From the NCBI GenBank assembly GCA_038877255.1, contig JAVYWZ010000005.1:1-44733 (forward strand): a stretch of 44,733 nucleotides of DNA, given 5' to 3'. The notes under the pieces are model-generated. The model saw only the letters and a program-made list of their open reading frames with translations, did not search any database and was not told where the DNA came from. This DNA comes from Candidatus Micrarchaeaceae archaeon. Its GTDB lineage: Archaea; Micrarchaeota; Micrarchaeia; Micrarchaeales; CABMGC01. Below are positions 26,650 through 36,046 of this stretch, one piece after another. The translations under genes were made by a program, and so were the position numbers. Each line of letters begins with the position of its first letter. Within the stretch, counting starts at the first letter, position 1.

Positions 26650-27043
26650 CAATATAGCGAACATGATATTGAATTTTTAACCTTAACTTTGATTTTAGTT
26701 TGTCTTATGCACCAGTCATGCAGTTCCTGGAACATTCTTGGATCAGCTCTTGCGCGTACTTTCGAAAACATGGATTTATGTGCTTTTTTGTACCCTAACA
26801 ATTTTCCTATCGGATCCATTCCAAGGAACTCTGCAAGTTTTAGTCTGTAAAATTCTTGTGTTGTCTTATTACGAAGGCGACAATAAGCTTCGCAAATTTT
26901 TTCATATGCCAATACCTTTGCACTATGATTTTGTCGAACGACCCAACCTCTATTATTTTATTCCTTATCCCATGTTTCCATGTGTTCATCTCCTGGTAAG
27001 GCAGACCAACGCAAGCAGGTAAAGAGACCTGCTTTCCACTCAT
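26650..27043 (-). pseudogene. Frameshifted N-terminal remnant of a DDE transposase (IS4/IS5/IS1182-like)
   Basis: Joining two overlapping ORFs gives ..KFAKLIVAFVI..NFTD/LAEFLGMDPIGKLLGYKK-AHKSMFSKVRARADPRMFQELHDW, similar to the LG...P..ST.S..R.R helical region of these transposases. No catalytic domain follows. Confidence 0.5.
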
Positions 27044-27190
27044 TATACCGAAGACAAGAGAGAGAGAGAAGAAGAAGCCCTAAACTATACTGCATATAAA
27101 AATTCAATATTTGTAAACATACTAATATAAGCTTTGAACTGTCGAGTTTAGACGTATTTACGCTGCTTACTTGGTGGTTTTATAGATACT

Positions 27191-28165
27191 GTGATAGTCG
27201 CAGACAGCGTCAGGAAAAGCTTCAAGACGTATGAAAACAAGAAAGGTTTTGGGGGCTTTTTCAGGCGCAAGTTCTACTACAAAGCGGCTCTGAAGGGCGT
27301 AAGTTTCAGCGTTGACAAGGGCGAGATAGTGGCCCTGCTAGGCAGGAACGGCAGCGGCAAGTCGACGCTCATAAAGCTCATGGCAGGTATACTGCATCCA
27401 GATTCGGGGAGCGTGCGCGTGCTCGGCATGAATCCGTGGAAGGACCGCATACGGCTTGCGGTGCGGATAGGCGTAGTGTTCGGCGCTACGCACCCGCAAC
27501 TCTTCTGGGACCTGCCGCCGCTTGACACCTTCAACTATATAAAGGAGCTTTATGGGGTGGACAATGCCTCATTCAGGGAGCGGCTGCGCTACCTCATCGG
27601 CATGCTCGGCGTGGAGAAGGTTTACAAGAGGCAGACAAGGCAGCTCTCATTGGGGGAGCGCATGAAGTGCGAGTTCGTTGCTGCGATGCTCAACATGCCA
27701 GAGATCGTGTTCATGGACGAGCCAACGATAGGCGTAGACCTGCCTTCTAGGCTTGCAATACGCAGAGCAGTGGCAGCGCTCAGGAAACGCTTCTCAACCA
27801 CTTTTGTCATAACCACGCATGTAGTTGACGACATATCAAACGTTGATAGAATAATACTGCTTGACAAAGGGCGCAAGCTGTTCGACGGCATGCAGTTCGA
27901 GCTCAAGCGGAGGTACGGCAACTATGCAGTGCTAGACATCTACTCAAAGAAGGAGGGCTATGTGGCAAAATACGCGAGCCTTGGAAGGGTGATGGAGAGA
28001 AGCAGCACATATATGAGGCTTGCAGTGGCGCCGCTGCATGTCAAGGAGCGCAGGTTCATGGCCGCGCTCAATGATCCAAAGATAAGCGACTATAGGCTTT
28101 CCGAGCCAGGCCTGAGCGCGTTGCTTGAGAGCTTATATGCGTCGATAGACAGGAAGCGCAGATGA
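27191..28165 (+). CDS. ABC transporter ATP-binding protein
   Basis: GRNGSGKST, QLFWDLP, QLSLGERMKCE, MDEPTIGVD. Confidence 0.93.
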   Translation: MIVADSVRKSFKTYENKKGFGGFFRRKFYYKAALKGVSFSVDKGEIVALLGRNGSGKSTLIKLMAGILHPDSGSVRVLGMNPWKDRIRLAVRIGVVFGATHPQLFWDLPPLDTFNYIKELYGVDNASFRERLRYLIGMLGVEKVYKRQTRQLSLGERMKCEFVAAMLNMPEIVFMDEPTIGVDLPSRLAIRRAVAALRKRFSTTFVITTHVVDDISNVDRIILLDKGRKLFDGMQFELKRRYGNYAVLDIYSKKEGYVAKYASLGRVMERSSTYMRLAVAPLHVKERRFMAALNDPKISDYRLSEPGLSALLESLYASIDRKRR

Positions 28166-28190
28166 TCCCATAAACAGGTATATTTCTGTA

Positions 28191-28961
28191 ATGAAGGTGT
28201 ACATGAAGAACGTGCTCGCATACAGGGGCGAGTTCGCGCTTTCAGTCTTTTTTTCGGTGCTGGCAGAGTTCGTATACATGTTCGTATGGATTGCGGTATA
28301 TGCCTTCTCAGGTATAACATCACTGTACGGCATACCGCTGTCCAGTATGATTGTCTACTTTTTCGTACTTGGCGGGCTGAACTTTATGGCATGGCCTATA
28401 ATAGCAGACACGCTTGAAGATGGGATCAGGGGCGGAGGCATCGCTACATTCCTCATAAGGCCGTTCAAGTATTCATATGCTCTCTTTGCATCTATACTGC
28501 CGTATAACCTTCTCTCCATGGCGCTTGGCGCCATGCCCATCCTCATTGCCGTATATATAATATTTGGCTTGCACACCGGTGCAGTAGCCCTTCTGGCCTT
28601 CGCAGCAGAAGTTGTGCTGGCGTTTGCAATTATAAACATGATAGGATTCATAGTAGGCGCGCTTTCTGTATACATTACAGACATATACGGCATCATGCAG
28701 GGGTTTTATGTCATATTCTTGCTCCTTGGCGGCGGGCTGATGCCGCTGACCCTCTACCCGAAACTTGCATATGCGATTTTGATGCTGACCCCATTTCCGT
28801 ATCTTTATTACATACCCGCCGGGATCTTTACGGGTATTATAACAGTAGGCGCGCTGCCCTCTATTTTTGCAATAGGCGTTGCGTGGTTTGCCGTGCTTGC
28901 AGCGCTTGGAGAGCTCATGTGGAGGAGGGTAAGCAGGGCTCTCAATGCGGTAGGTGTATAG
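28191..28961 (+). CDS. ABC-2 family permease (DUF990-type)
   Basis: AYR, IRGGGIATFLIRP, LGGGLMPL..YP, TPF.Y.YYIP. Confidence 0.88.
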   Translation: MKVYMKNVLAYRGEFALSVFFSVLAEFVYMFVWIAVYAFSGITSLYGIPLSSMIVYFFVLGGLNFMAWPIIADTLEDGIRGGGIATFLIRPFKYSYALFASILPYNLLSMALGAMPILIAVYIIFGLHTGAVALLAFAAEVVLAFAIINMIGFIVGALSVYITDIYGIMQGFYVIFLLLGGGLMPLTLYPKLAYAILMLTPFPYLYYIPAGIFTGIITVGALPSIFAIGVAWFAVLAALGELMWRRVSRALNAVGV

Positions 28962-28962
28962 C

Positions 28963-29754
28963 ATGGAGAATTTCATCGCAAGGAACATGCGCATGTACTT
29001 TGCCTCGCAGAAGTACAAGATGCTTGCATTCTTCACATACAGGATCCAGGCTGTCGTCTGGCTCGCTGTCTTCGTGCTCAGCGGCTTTTATCAGGTGATA
29101 ATGGTCACCATCATATACAGCGTCTCAAGCGGCATAAGCGGATGGACATACTACCAGATACTCGCCCTTGGGGGCCTTGCAAACATATTCATCAGCCTCG
29201 CCTTCTTCACAATTTCACCGCAGGTGCTCGGCAGGAGCATGCGCAACGGCCAGCTCGATCAGAAGCTTACCAAGCCGTATAACCCTGTGCTCATCGCGCT
29301 GTCCACTACCGGAGAGGTTTCTTTCTTCGGCAGCGCCATCACAGGCGCCGCTGTATTTGCATACGCAGTGACAGAGGCGCGCATCCCGCTGCTCTCGCTT
29401 GCACCTCTTATTGCGATATTCGCGCTCGGCACGGCTGATGTTGTGCTATTCATCCTTATGCTTACGCTCATCTCTTACGTGCTCTTCAAAGGCGCATCTT
29501 TCGTAATGTGGCTCGTCGACATAGGCAAGAACGCATCATCATACCCTCTCACCATTTACGGCCTGGTGGGTTTGCTACTGCTCACAATAGGCATGCCCGT
29601 GGGGCTTGCTACCTTCTTACCTGCAGAAACGCTCTTCGGCAGGCTCTCGCCGTATCAGTTCGGCGCAGCCATCCTTTTTGAGGCGATAGCCCTCTATGCA
29701 TACTACAAAGCCTCTGCCTGGCTGCTTACAAAGTACTCGAGCGGCGGCGGCTAA
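28963..29754 (+). CDS. ABC-2 family permease (DUF990-type)
   Basis: YR, GWTY, GQLDQKLTKP, YPLTIY, YSSGGG C-terminus. Confidence 0.88.
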   Translation: MENFIARNMRMYFASQKYKMLAFFTYRIQAVVWLAVFVLSGFYQVIMVTIIYSVSSGISGWTYYQILALGGLANIFISLAFFTISPQVLGRSMRNGQLDQKLTKPYNPVLIALSTTGEVSFFGSAITGAAVFAYAVTEARIPLLSLAPLIAIFALGTADVVLFILMLTLISYVLFKGASFVMWLVDIGKNASSYPLTIYGLVGLLLLTIGMPVGLATFLPAETLFGRLSPYQFGAAILFEAIALYAYYKASAWLLTKYSSGGG

Positions 29755-29913
29755 TGCTACATTATTTCTTTGTGCTGGTGTAAGCGGAATACAGCTGTAT
29801 TTCATGCCCATTAAAAGGTGAATCGCGTGCTATGGCACAAAAGTCAAAACCCTATAGCGAATGTAATGCAAACATTTTTAAGCATTACTTGTGTCTTATA
29901 ATCCAGTGATAAG

Positions 29914-30279
29914 ATGGCAAAACAAACGCAGAACTGGGGCGCATTCGTCCTTGAGTTCCTCGGCAGTTTGGCATATCTGTACGTAGCATTTGCCAGTAAC
30001 TTGCTGGCACTATCTAGTGGAGTTTTCGGCGGGAGCGCATCTCTGTGGTTGCCGTTCTTTGTTGGCGCAGCAGCAATTGGCAGTGTAGCACTGTTCTTCA
30101 TCAGCTTCGGCAATTTGCTAAACTGGGACAGCAAGAGCCTTGCTAAAGGAGCCATGTGCGCTTCAATAGCAGCAGGCTTTGCCTTGACTGTACTGGTTTG
30201 GACAAATGTCAGCTACCTTGCAGTGGCCCTTGTCGGCTTCATTCTGGCCTTCATAGGCAGCGGGCTTGGCTACAAATAA
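29914..30279 (+). CDS. Hypothetical membrane protein (4 TM)
   Basis: Highly hydrophobic ORF with a TATA-like TTTTTAA upstream. Confidence 0.7.
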   Translation: MAKQTQNWGAFVLEFLGSLAYLYVAFASNLLALSSGVFGGSASLWLPFFVGAAAIGSVALFFISFGNLLNWDSKSLAKGAMCASIAAGFALTVLVWTNVSYLAVALVGFILAFIGSGLGYK

Positions 30280-30413
30280 TATAAACACAAGTAACAGCAC
30301 AAACAACATTGGCTGACAGTGCCTATTTGTTTTAGTTTTTATTGTCTTTTCCTTTTTCAATTCAGGATAACTTTTAGTCTTTACTAATGTATTTTTAAGC
30401 TTATTCTGCGCAT

Positions 30414-30430
30414 TTATAACTGTGTTATAA
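30414..30430. promoter_or_regulatory. Palindromic operator TTATAAC-n3-GTTATAA at the suf promoter
   Basis: Perfect 7-bp inverted repeat between TTTTTAAG (30392-30399) and ATG 30440. Confidence 0.7.
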
Positions 30431-30439
30431 GGCGTTTAC

Positions 30440-30787
30440 ATGCGAAGCGTATATGAAAATGCGACTGAGAATCTGTTGCCTGTAATAAGGTTTGAGATCT
30501 CTAACGAACTGAAGAATAAGTATAAGATGCAAGAGCAGGAAATTGCAGAGAGGCTCGGAATAACACAGGCAGCGGTGAGCAAATACATAAACCATAAATC
30601 AAAAAGAATATCGGCAATGGCAAAGAAGCTTGCAGCAAGAATAGGTGCAAACAAGAGCCTTGTAGACGCGTATATAAAGGATCTTTTAGAAGAGCATACA
30701 AATTCTAGCAAATTCTGCGAACTGTGCCAGAACCTTGGCAGCTTTTCCTGTGCGCTTGCAAAACTGCGCGCGAATGCTATGCTTTGA
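30440..30787 (+). CDS. HTH transcriptional regulator with C-terminal Cys cluster, leading the suf operon
   Basis: LLPVIR..IS..L...Y.M.EQEIAERLGITQAAVSKY and FCELCQNLGSFSC. Confidence 0.85.
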   Translation: MRSVYENATENLLPVIRFEISNELKNKYKMQEQEIAERLGITQAAVSKYINHKSKRISAMAKKLAARIGANKSLVDAYIKDLLEEHTNSSKFCELCQNLGSFSCALAKLRANAML

Positions 30788-30802
30788 GATTTAGGTGCAT
30801 TT

Positions 30803-32224
30803 ATGCAACAGAGCAGCGTTTCGATTGACGCGTCTAAAATAATTGAAGAGGATTACGCCAAAAAGTACGGCTTTTCCACAAGCACGCAGTATGAAGAATT
30901 CGAGAAAGGGATAAGCGAGGAAGTAATCAGGAAGATCTCAAAGATTAAGGACGAGCCAGAGTGGATGCTTGAAAAGAGGCTTACCGGCTACAGGCTTTTC
31001 AGAGAAAAGCCCATCCCTAATTGGGGTCCTGATCTAAGCTCAATAAACTTTGATGAAATATACTATTACAAAGCCCCAAAGTCGTCAAAAGGCAGAAGCT
31101 GGAATGATGTGCCCATAGAGATAAGGCAGACTTTTGAAAAACTCGGTGTGCCAGAAGCGGAGCAGAAGTTCTTCGCCGGCGTAGAGGCGCAGTTTGATTC
31201 TGGCGTAGTATACGAGCATGCGAAGAAACAACTTGAAGACCTCGGAGTTATATTCACCGACACTGATACTGCAGTGAAAAAGTACCCTGAACTTATAAAG
31301 AAATACTTCGGTACAGTAATACCGCCAAGCGATAACAAGTTTGCAGCGCTAAATACTGCAACGTGGAGTGGCGGTTCATTCATTTATGTTCCAAAGAACG
31401 TGAAGGTTCCAATACCGCTTAACGCATACTTCAGGATAAATTCGGAAAGCGTAGGCCAGTTCGAGCGCACGCTTATAATCGCAGATGAAGGCGCGGATGT
31501 GGTGTATGAAGAAGGCTGCACAGCGCCAGTATATTCAAAAGACTCGCTCCACGCAGCAATCGTTGAAATAATTGCGCATAAAGATGCGCATGTGCGCTAC
31601 ATAACAGTGCAAAACTGGGCAAGAAACATATACAACCTTGTAACGCAGCGTGCTCACGCATATGAAAACGCAAGTGTTGAATGGCTTGACGTTAACATAG
31701 GCAGCAAAGTAAACATGAAATATCCAAGCATATACCTTATGGGAAATAATGCAAGAGGCATGGTTGTTTCAGTAGCAATAGCAGGGGATGATCAGACCCT
31801 AGATTCCGGCGGTAAGATATACCATCTTGCACCAAATACTACTTCGAGGCTTGTCTCTAAAAGCATATCAAAAGGAACTGGCACAGCAATATTCAGAGGC
31901 CTTATTCACATAGGGGAAAACGCGCTCAATGCAAAAGCAATCACTTCCTGCGATACGCTTCTTCTTGATGACAATACAAAAACAAATACATATCCTTATA
32001 TTGAAACCAAAAGGAACGATGCCTATGTATCGCATGAGGCAAAAGTGGGCACAATAAGCGAGAAGAACGTATTCTACATGATGTCAAGGGGCATGAGCGA
32101 GGGCGATGCAATAGCTACAATAATAATGGGCTTCATAAAGGATATAGTAGAAGCGCTGCCCATTGATTACGCTCTTGAGCTCAAGCGCCTCATAAAGGCA
32201 GATATGACTGGATCTGTAGGCTAG
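30803..32224 (+). CDS. sufB: Fe-S cluster assembly protein SufB
   Basis: EPEWML, WSGGSFIYVP, GQFERTLII, EGCTAP, MKYPS, SHEA, FYMMSRG. Confidence 0.97.
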   Translation: MQQSSVSIDASKIIEEDYAKKYGFSTSTQYEEFEKGISEEVIRKISKIKDEPEWMLEKRLTGYRLFREKPIPNWGPDLSSINFDEIYYYKAPKSSKGRSWNDVPIEIRQTFEKLGVPEAEQKFFAGVEAQFDSGVVYEHAKKQLEDLGVIFTDTDTAVKKYPELIKKYFGTVIPPSDNKFAALNTATWSGGSFIYVPKNVKVPIPLNAYFRINSESVGQFERTLIIADEGADVVYEEGCTAPVYSKDSLHAAIVEIIAHKDAHVRYITVQNWARNIYNLVTQRAHAYENASVEWLDVNIGSKVNMKYPSIYLMGNNARGMVVSVAIAGDDQTLDSGGKIYHLAPNTTSRLVSKSISKGTGTAIFRGLIHIGENALNAKAITSCDTLLLDDNTKTNTYPYIETKRNDAYVSHEAKVGTISEKNVFYMMSRGMSEGDAIATIIMGFIKDIVEALPIDYALELKRLIKADMTGSVG

Positions 32225-32235
32225 AGTTTGAGCAC

Positions 32236-33414
32236 ATGGGACAATACTTTGGCGATTATTCTGAAATATTGCAGAGCAGAAAAGAGCTTTACAAGCGCTA
32301 TGGCATAGGGCTAAGTGCCGATGGATTTTCAGATGGCAAAGCAAGCTCGCCTCTGCAGTTTAAGGCAATGCTTGAGCATAATACGCGCATAAACTTCGGG
32401 GCGCTCGTGAGCGCCTCTGCTACACAAAGCAGCAATGGTGTCGAAGTGGCGCGCAAAGGCACACAGAGCAAGAACGATATTTCAAGCGTAAATCTGAACG
32501 ATGAACAAGCTGTTGCAGCATTCATCGATGAGAACAGCGTGTGTGAAGTTCATGTAAACGCTCCCGAAAATTCAGAGATAAACGCTAATGTTCTTTTTGT
32601 AGCAGATTCGCTGCTGCCTGTAAAGATAATAGTAAATGCGCAGCAAGGCTCTGTTGTTAAATTATTGGAATGGTTTGCCTCGGATGGCAAAGGCGTTGTG
32701 CCTCTGCAAGTAATAAATGCGGGAAGAAATGCATATGTTGATCTAAGCATTGTTCACAACGAGGCAATAAATGCAAATTTGGTTTCGCTTGCAAGTGCCA
32801 CGGCTGGGCAAGGCGCAGTAATACAAATTAATTCTGTATTATCGGGCTTGTCAAAAGCCAAGCTGTCAACCTTTGCAATTGCAAAGGAAGACGCGAGCAA
32901 GATAAGCATCAACAGCGTACTTATTATCAATAAGCATCAGGCATTTGATGCAAGCTCTGTATTGAGAAGCCTAGGCAAGAATACGACAGCGCAGTCGAAG
33001 ACAGGTGCAGTGCTCTTTGACCAGTCTCAATGCCTGCTTAAAGATTTTGCCAAAGTAGACAAGGCTGCGGTAGGCGCATATTCCTATGTTGAAGAGCGGG
33101 GGCTTCTTCTCAGCAGCGAATCAAACTTTATGCCTCTGCCTGATATGTCAATCGATACAAGGAACGTTTCTTTTGCATCGCACAGTGCCTCTTCAACACC
33201 ATTGAGCAAAGAGCATATATTCTACATGATGTCAAGGGGCATGAGCGAGGGCGACGCAAGGCATTCGCTGACGCTTGCGTTTCTTATGCACTACCTGACA
33301 AGCATGAGCAATGCAAAGATAAAAGAGATTGCGGCAACTATTATTAACGATAAGATGCTTAGCGGTGCGGTCCCTGCAGCTCCTCAGCTTAGCACTTCAA
33401 GCATATGGCAGTGA
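32236..33414 (+). CDS. sufD: SufD family protein (divergent)
   Basis: GLLLS, PDMSID, ASHSAS, FYMMSRG. Lies between sufB and sufC. Confidence 0.85.
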   Translation: MGQYFGDYSEILQSRKELYKRYGIGLSADGFSDGKASSPLQFKAMLEHNTRINFGALVSASATQSSNGVEVARKGTQSKNDISSVNLNDEQAVAAFIDENSVCEVHVNAPENSEINANVLFVADSLLPVKIIVNAQQGSVVKLLEWFASDGKGVVPLQVINAGRNAYVDLSIVHNEAINANLVSLASATAGQGAVIQINSVLSGLSKAKLSTFAIAKEDASKISINSVLIINKHQAFDASSVLRSLGKNTTAQSKTGAVLFDQSQCLLKDFAKVDKAAVGAYSYVEERGLLLSSESNFMPLPDMSIDTRNVSFASHSASSTPLSKEHIFYMMSRGMSEGDARHSLTLAFLMHYLTSMSNAKIKEIAATIINDKMLSGAVPAAPQLSTSSIWQ

Positions 33415-33430
33415 TGTTGGCAGTGATACT

Positions 33431-34156
33431 ATGCAACTAAATATTCTCGATTTGCATGTAAGTGCCGATGGCAAGGAGATAATAAAAGGCGTAAGCCTAA
33501 GCGTACGCTCAGGTGAATTTCATGTGCTCATGGGGCCTAACGGTTCTGGCAAAACAACGCTTTCTTTGGCAATAATGGGCTATCCAGGCCTCAAAATAAC
33601 AAGTGGCGATATACGCATAGACAATGAAAGCATAATCAAAAAGCGAGTAGACGAGAGGGCGAAGATGGGCATATTCATGCAGTTCCAAGATCCTGCAGAG
33701 ATTGAGGGCGTTGGCCTTGTTAACTTTCTAATAAGTGCAAAGTCAGCTGTTTCAGGCGCAAAGGTAAGCGTAAAGGAGTTGATGAGTGAGATACATGATA
33801 ACGCAGCTAAGCTCCATATGCGGGAAGACGTCGTCGGCAGGTCGCTGAATTTTGGCTTTTCAGGGGGTGAGAAGAAGAAAAGCGAGATACTCCAGATGCT
33901 TGTGTTAAAGCCCAAGCTTGCAATCCTTGACGAGCCTGATTCTGGGCTTGACGTTGATGCGGTAAAGGACGTTGCCGAATCGATAAGCGAATTCAATAAA
34001 GAAACTGGCGCTGCGACGCTGCTAATAACGCATTACACGCGCATACTAAAATATCTTGAGCCTGACTTCGTGCACGTGCTTATCGATGGAAAGATAGTCA
34101 AAAGCGGTTCAAAGGAGCTTGCCGATTACATAGATAAGAATGGCTACAAGTTTTAG
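33431..34156 (+). CDS. sufC: Fe-S assembly ATPase SufC
   Basis: GPNGSGKTT, FQDPAEIEGV, GFSGGEKKKSE, LDEPDSGLDVDA, ITHY. Confidence 0.97.
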   Translation: MQLNILDLHVSADGKEIIKGVSLSVRSGEFHVLMGPNGSGKTTLSLAIMGYPGLKITSGDIRIDNESIIKKRVDERAKMGIFMQFQDPAEIEGVGLVNFLISAKSAVSGAKVSVKELMSEIHDNAAKLHMREDVVGRSLNFGFSGGEKKKSEILQMLVLKPKLAILDEPDSGLDVDAVKDVAESISEFNKETGAATLLITHYTRILKYLEPDFVHVLIDGKIVKSGSKELADYIDKNGYKF

Positions 34157-34164
34157 GCGATGCA

Positions 34165-35394
34165 ATGGATATAGACAAGATTCGCAGCGATTTTCCCATA
34201 TTGAGCACAAAGATGAATGGAAAGCCACTCGTATATCTTGACAGCGCTGCCACTTCCCAGAAGCCGATCCAAGTAATAAACGCGGTATCTGATTATTACA
34301 AGACATTTAATGCAAACATACACAGAGGCATATACAAAATATCAGAGCAAGCTACAGAGGCGTATGTGCATTCTAAGGAGCTCGCAGCTGGGTTTATCGG
34401 AGCAGAATCTTATAGAAACATAATATATTACAGAAGCGCCACAGAGGCAATAAACATAATGGCAAGATCGTGGGGCGATGAGAACATAAAGCAGGGTGAC
34501 CACATACTTGTGACAGAGATGGAGCACCACAGCAACCTCGTGCCATGGCAGATGCTTGCTAAAAGGAAGAAAGCTGTACTCGATTACGTGAAGCTAGAAG
34601 GCGATAAATACATAAACATTGAGGACTTGAAGCAGAAGCTGGAGCTGAAGCCTAAGCTCTTCGCATTTGCCCATGTTTCCAATGTTCTGGGCACTATAAA
34701 CGATGCTGAGAAGCTCACGAAAATGGCACACGATGCAGGAGCTGTTGTGCTTGTTGATGCGGCGCAATCGGTACCGCATATGCCTATAAATGTTAAAAAA
34801 ATCGGCTGTGACTTTATGGCATTCTCGTCGCACAAGATGCTCGGGCCTTCTGGAATAGGCGTTCTATACGGCACAGAGGACCTTCTCGAAGCAATGGAGC
34901 CCGTGCTCGGTGGAGGCGACATGATACGTTCAGTTGGATTTTATTCATGCACGTGGAACGAGCTTCCTTGGAAGTTTGAAGCAGGAACGCAGAACATAGA
35001 GGGCGCAATAGGGTTTGCTGAAGCAATAAAATATTTGCAGCATATAGGCATGGAGGAAATACGCGATCACGAAAAATCCATTACAAGGTATGCTCTTGAA
35101 AGGCTTAACGGGGCAGACGTAGAAACTTTCGGGCCCGGTCTTGACAGCCTTGACGCAAAGTCTGGAGTGATCTCTTTCGCGGTAGACAAAATACACGCGC
35201 ACGACATAGCGCAGGTCTTTGATAGTGAGGGCATAGCCATACGATCTGGACACCATTGCGCCATGCCTCTTGTGAACAACATACTTAAAGAAACCGCAGT
35301 TGCAAGGATGAGCTTTTACTTGTATAACAAGAACGAAGAAATAGACAAGGCGATAGAAGCAATAGAAAAAGCCAGGAAGATTTTCAAAAAGTAA
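34165..35394 (+). CDS. sufS: Cysteine desulfurase SufS
   Basis: YLDSAATSQKP, ANIHRG, EHHSN, SSHKMLGP, RSGHHCA. Confidence 0.97.
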   Translation: MDIDKIRSDFPILSTKMNGKPLVYLDSAATSQKPIQVINAVSDYYKTFNANIHRGIYKISEQATEAYVHSKELAAGFIGAESYRNIIYYRSATEAINIMARSWGDENIKQGDHILVTEMEHHSNLVPWQMLAKRKKAVLDYVKLEGDKYINIEDLKQKLELKPKLFAFAHVSNVLGTINDAEKLTKMAHDAGAVVLVDAAQSVPHMPINVKKIGCDFMAFSSHKMLGPSGIGVLYGTEDLLEAMEPVLGGGDMIRSVGFYSCTWNELPWKFEAGTQNIEGAIGFAEAIKYLQHIGMEEIRDHEKSITRYALERLNGADVETFGPGLDSLDAKSGVISFAVDKIHAHDIAQVFDSEGIAIRSGHHCAMPLVNNILKETAVARMSFYLYNKNEEIDKAIEAIEKARKIFKK

Positions 35395-35460
35395 GCACCC
35401 TGCGGGCCTGCTAACAGGAATTAATATAAACGTTTTTAGCGTATATAAAATGTGTGTTGA

Positions 35461-35841
35461 ATGGATAAACTAAAATTTGCAATGATATTGTTTGCTGTGA
35501 GCGGAATACTTGTTATCGTAAATGCAACAATGTCTTATTATACCATTTCATACCTTGAGTCTAACATTCAAAAGCCAAATGTAAGCGCACTGTTAAATCA
35601 GAGCACAATTGCCGAGATCAAATCGCTTGGCCCCACGCTTTCAGGTTTGTCAATCGTAGGTGTTGCCGCAGGCGCTGTGCTGCTTGCTGTGGCATATATG
35701 CTGTTTAAGAAGCCGCAGGGCGCGCGAACGTTCGCCATAGTTGGCATAATCTTCTCGCTCGTAAGCCTTGCTGGAAATGGCGGTTTCATAATAGGCATGA
35801 TAATTGGCATAATTGCAGGAATAATGGCGCTAATTAAATAA
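35461..35841 (+). CDS. Small membrane protein (DUF4064-like)
   Basis: 3-4 TMs ending in GGFIIGMIIGIIAGIMAL. Confidence 0.65.
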   Translation: MDKLKFAMILFAVSGILVIVNATMSYYTISYLESNIQKPNVSALLNQSTIAEIKSLGPTLSGLSIVGVAAGAVLLAVAYMLFKKPQGARTFAIVGIIFSLVSLAGNGGFIIGMIIGIIAGIMALIK

Positions 35842-36046
35842 GAAAAGAGCATTTCTTACCGCCTGTTGCTCATTGTCTGCCGCTTAGTTCCATTACCTAT
35901 TCTTTTTTCAGTGCGCGAAACTCTAATAGAATAGGGCGCGGGCTTTACGATCAAGCAGCAAAAGTAATAAGAAAGATGTTTAATAAATTGTATATAAATT
36001 AATAATCAAATTAATAATTTGATTGACAATAAGAGTAGGTGGCTTT

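Noticed and set aside
26523..26912. 129-aa ORF as an intact gene
   Set aside because: It looks chimeric: only the middle resembles a transposase segment, and the C-terminus is translated low-complexity TCTT/TTTG sequence. Recorded as a pseudogene.
29815..29901. AGGTGAATCGC-GTG as a third micropeptide gene
   Set aside because: It shares 11 nt with the micro-ORF leader, but the following 24-codon frame is unrelated and no matching promoter block is present.
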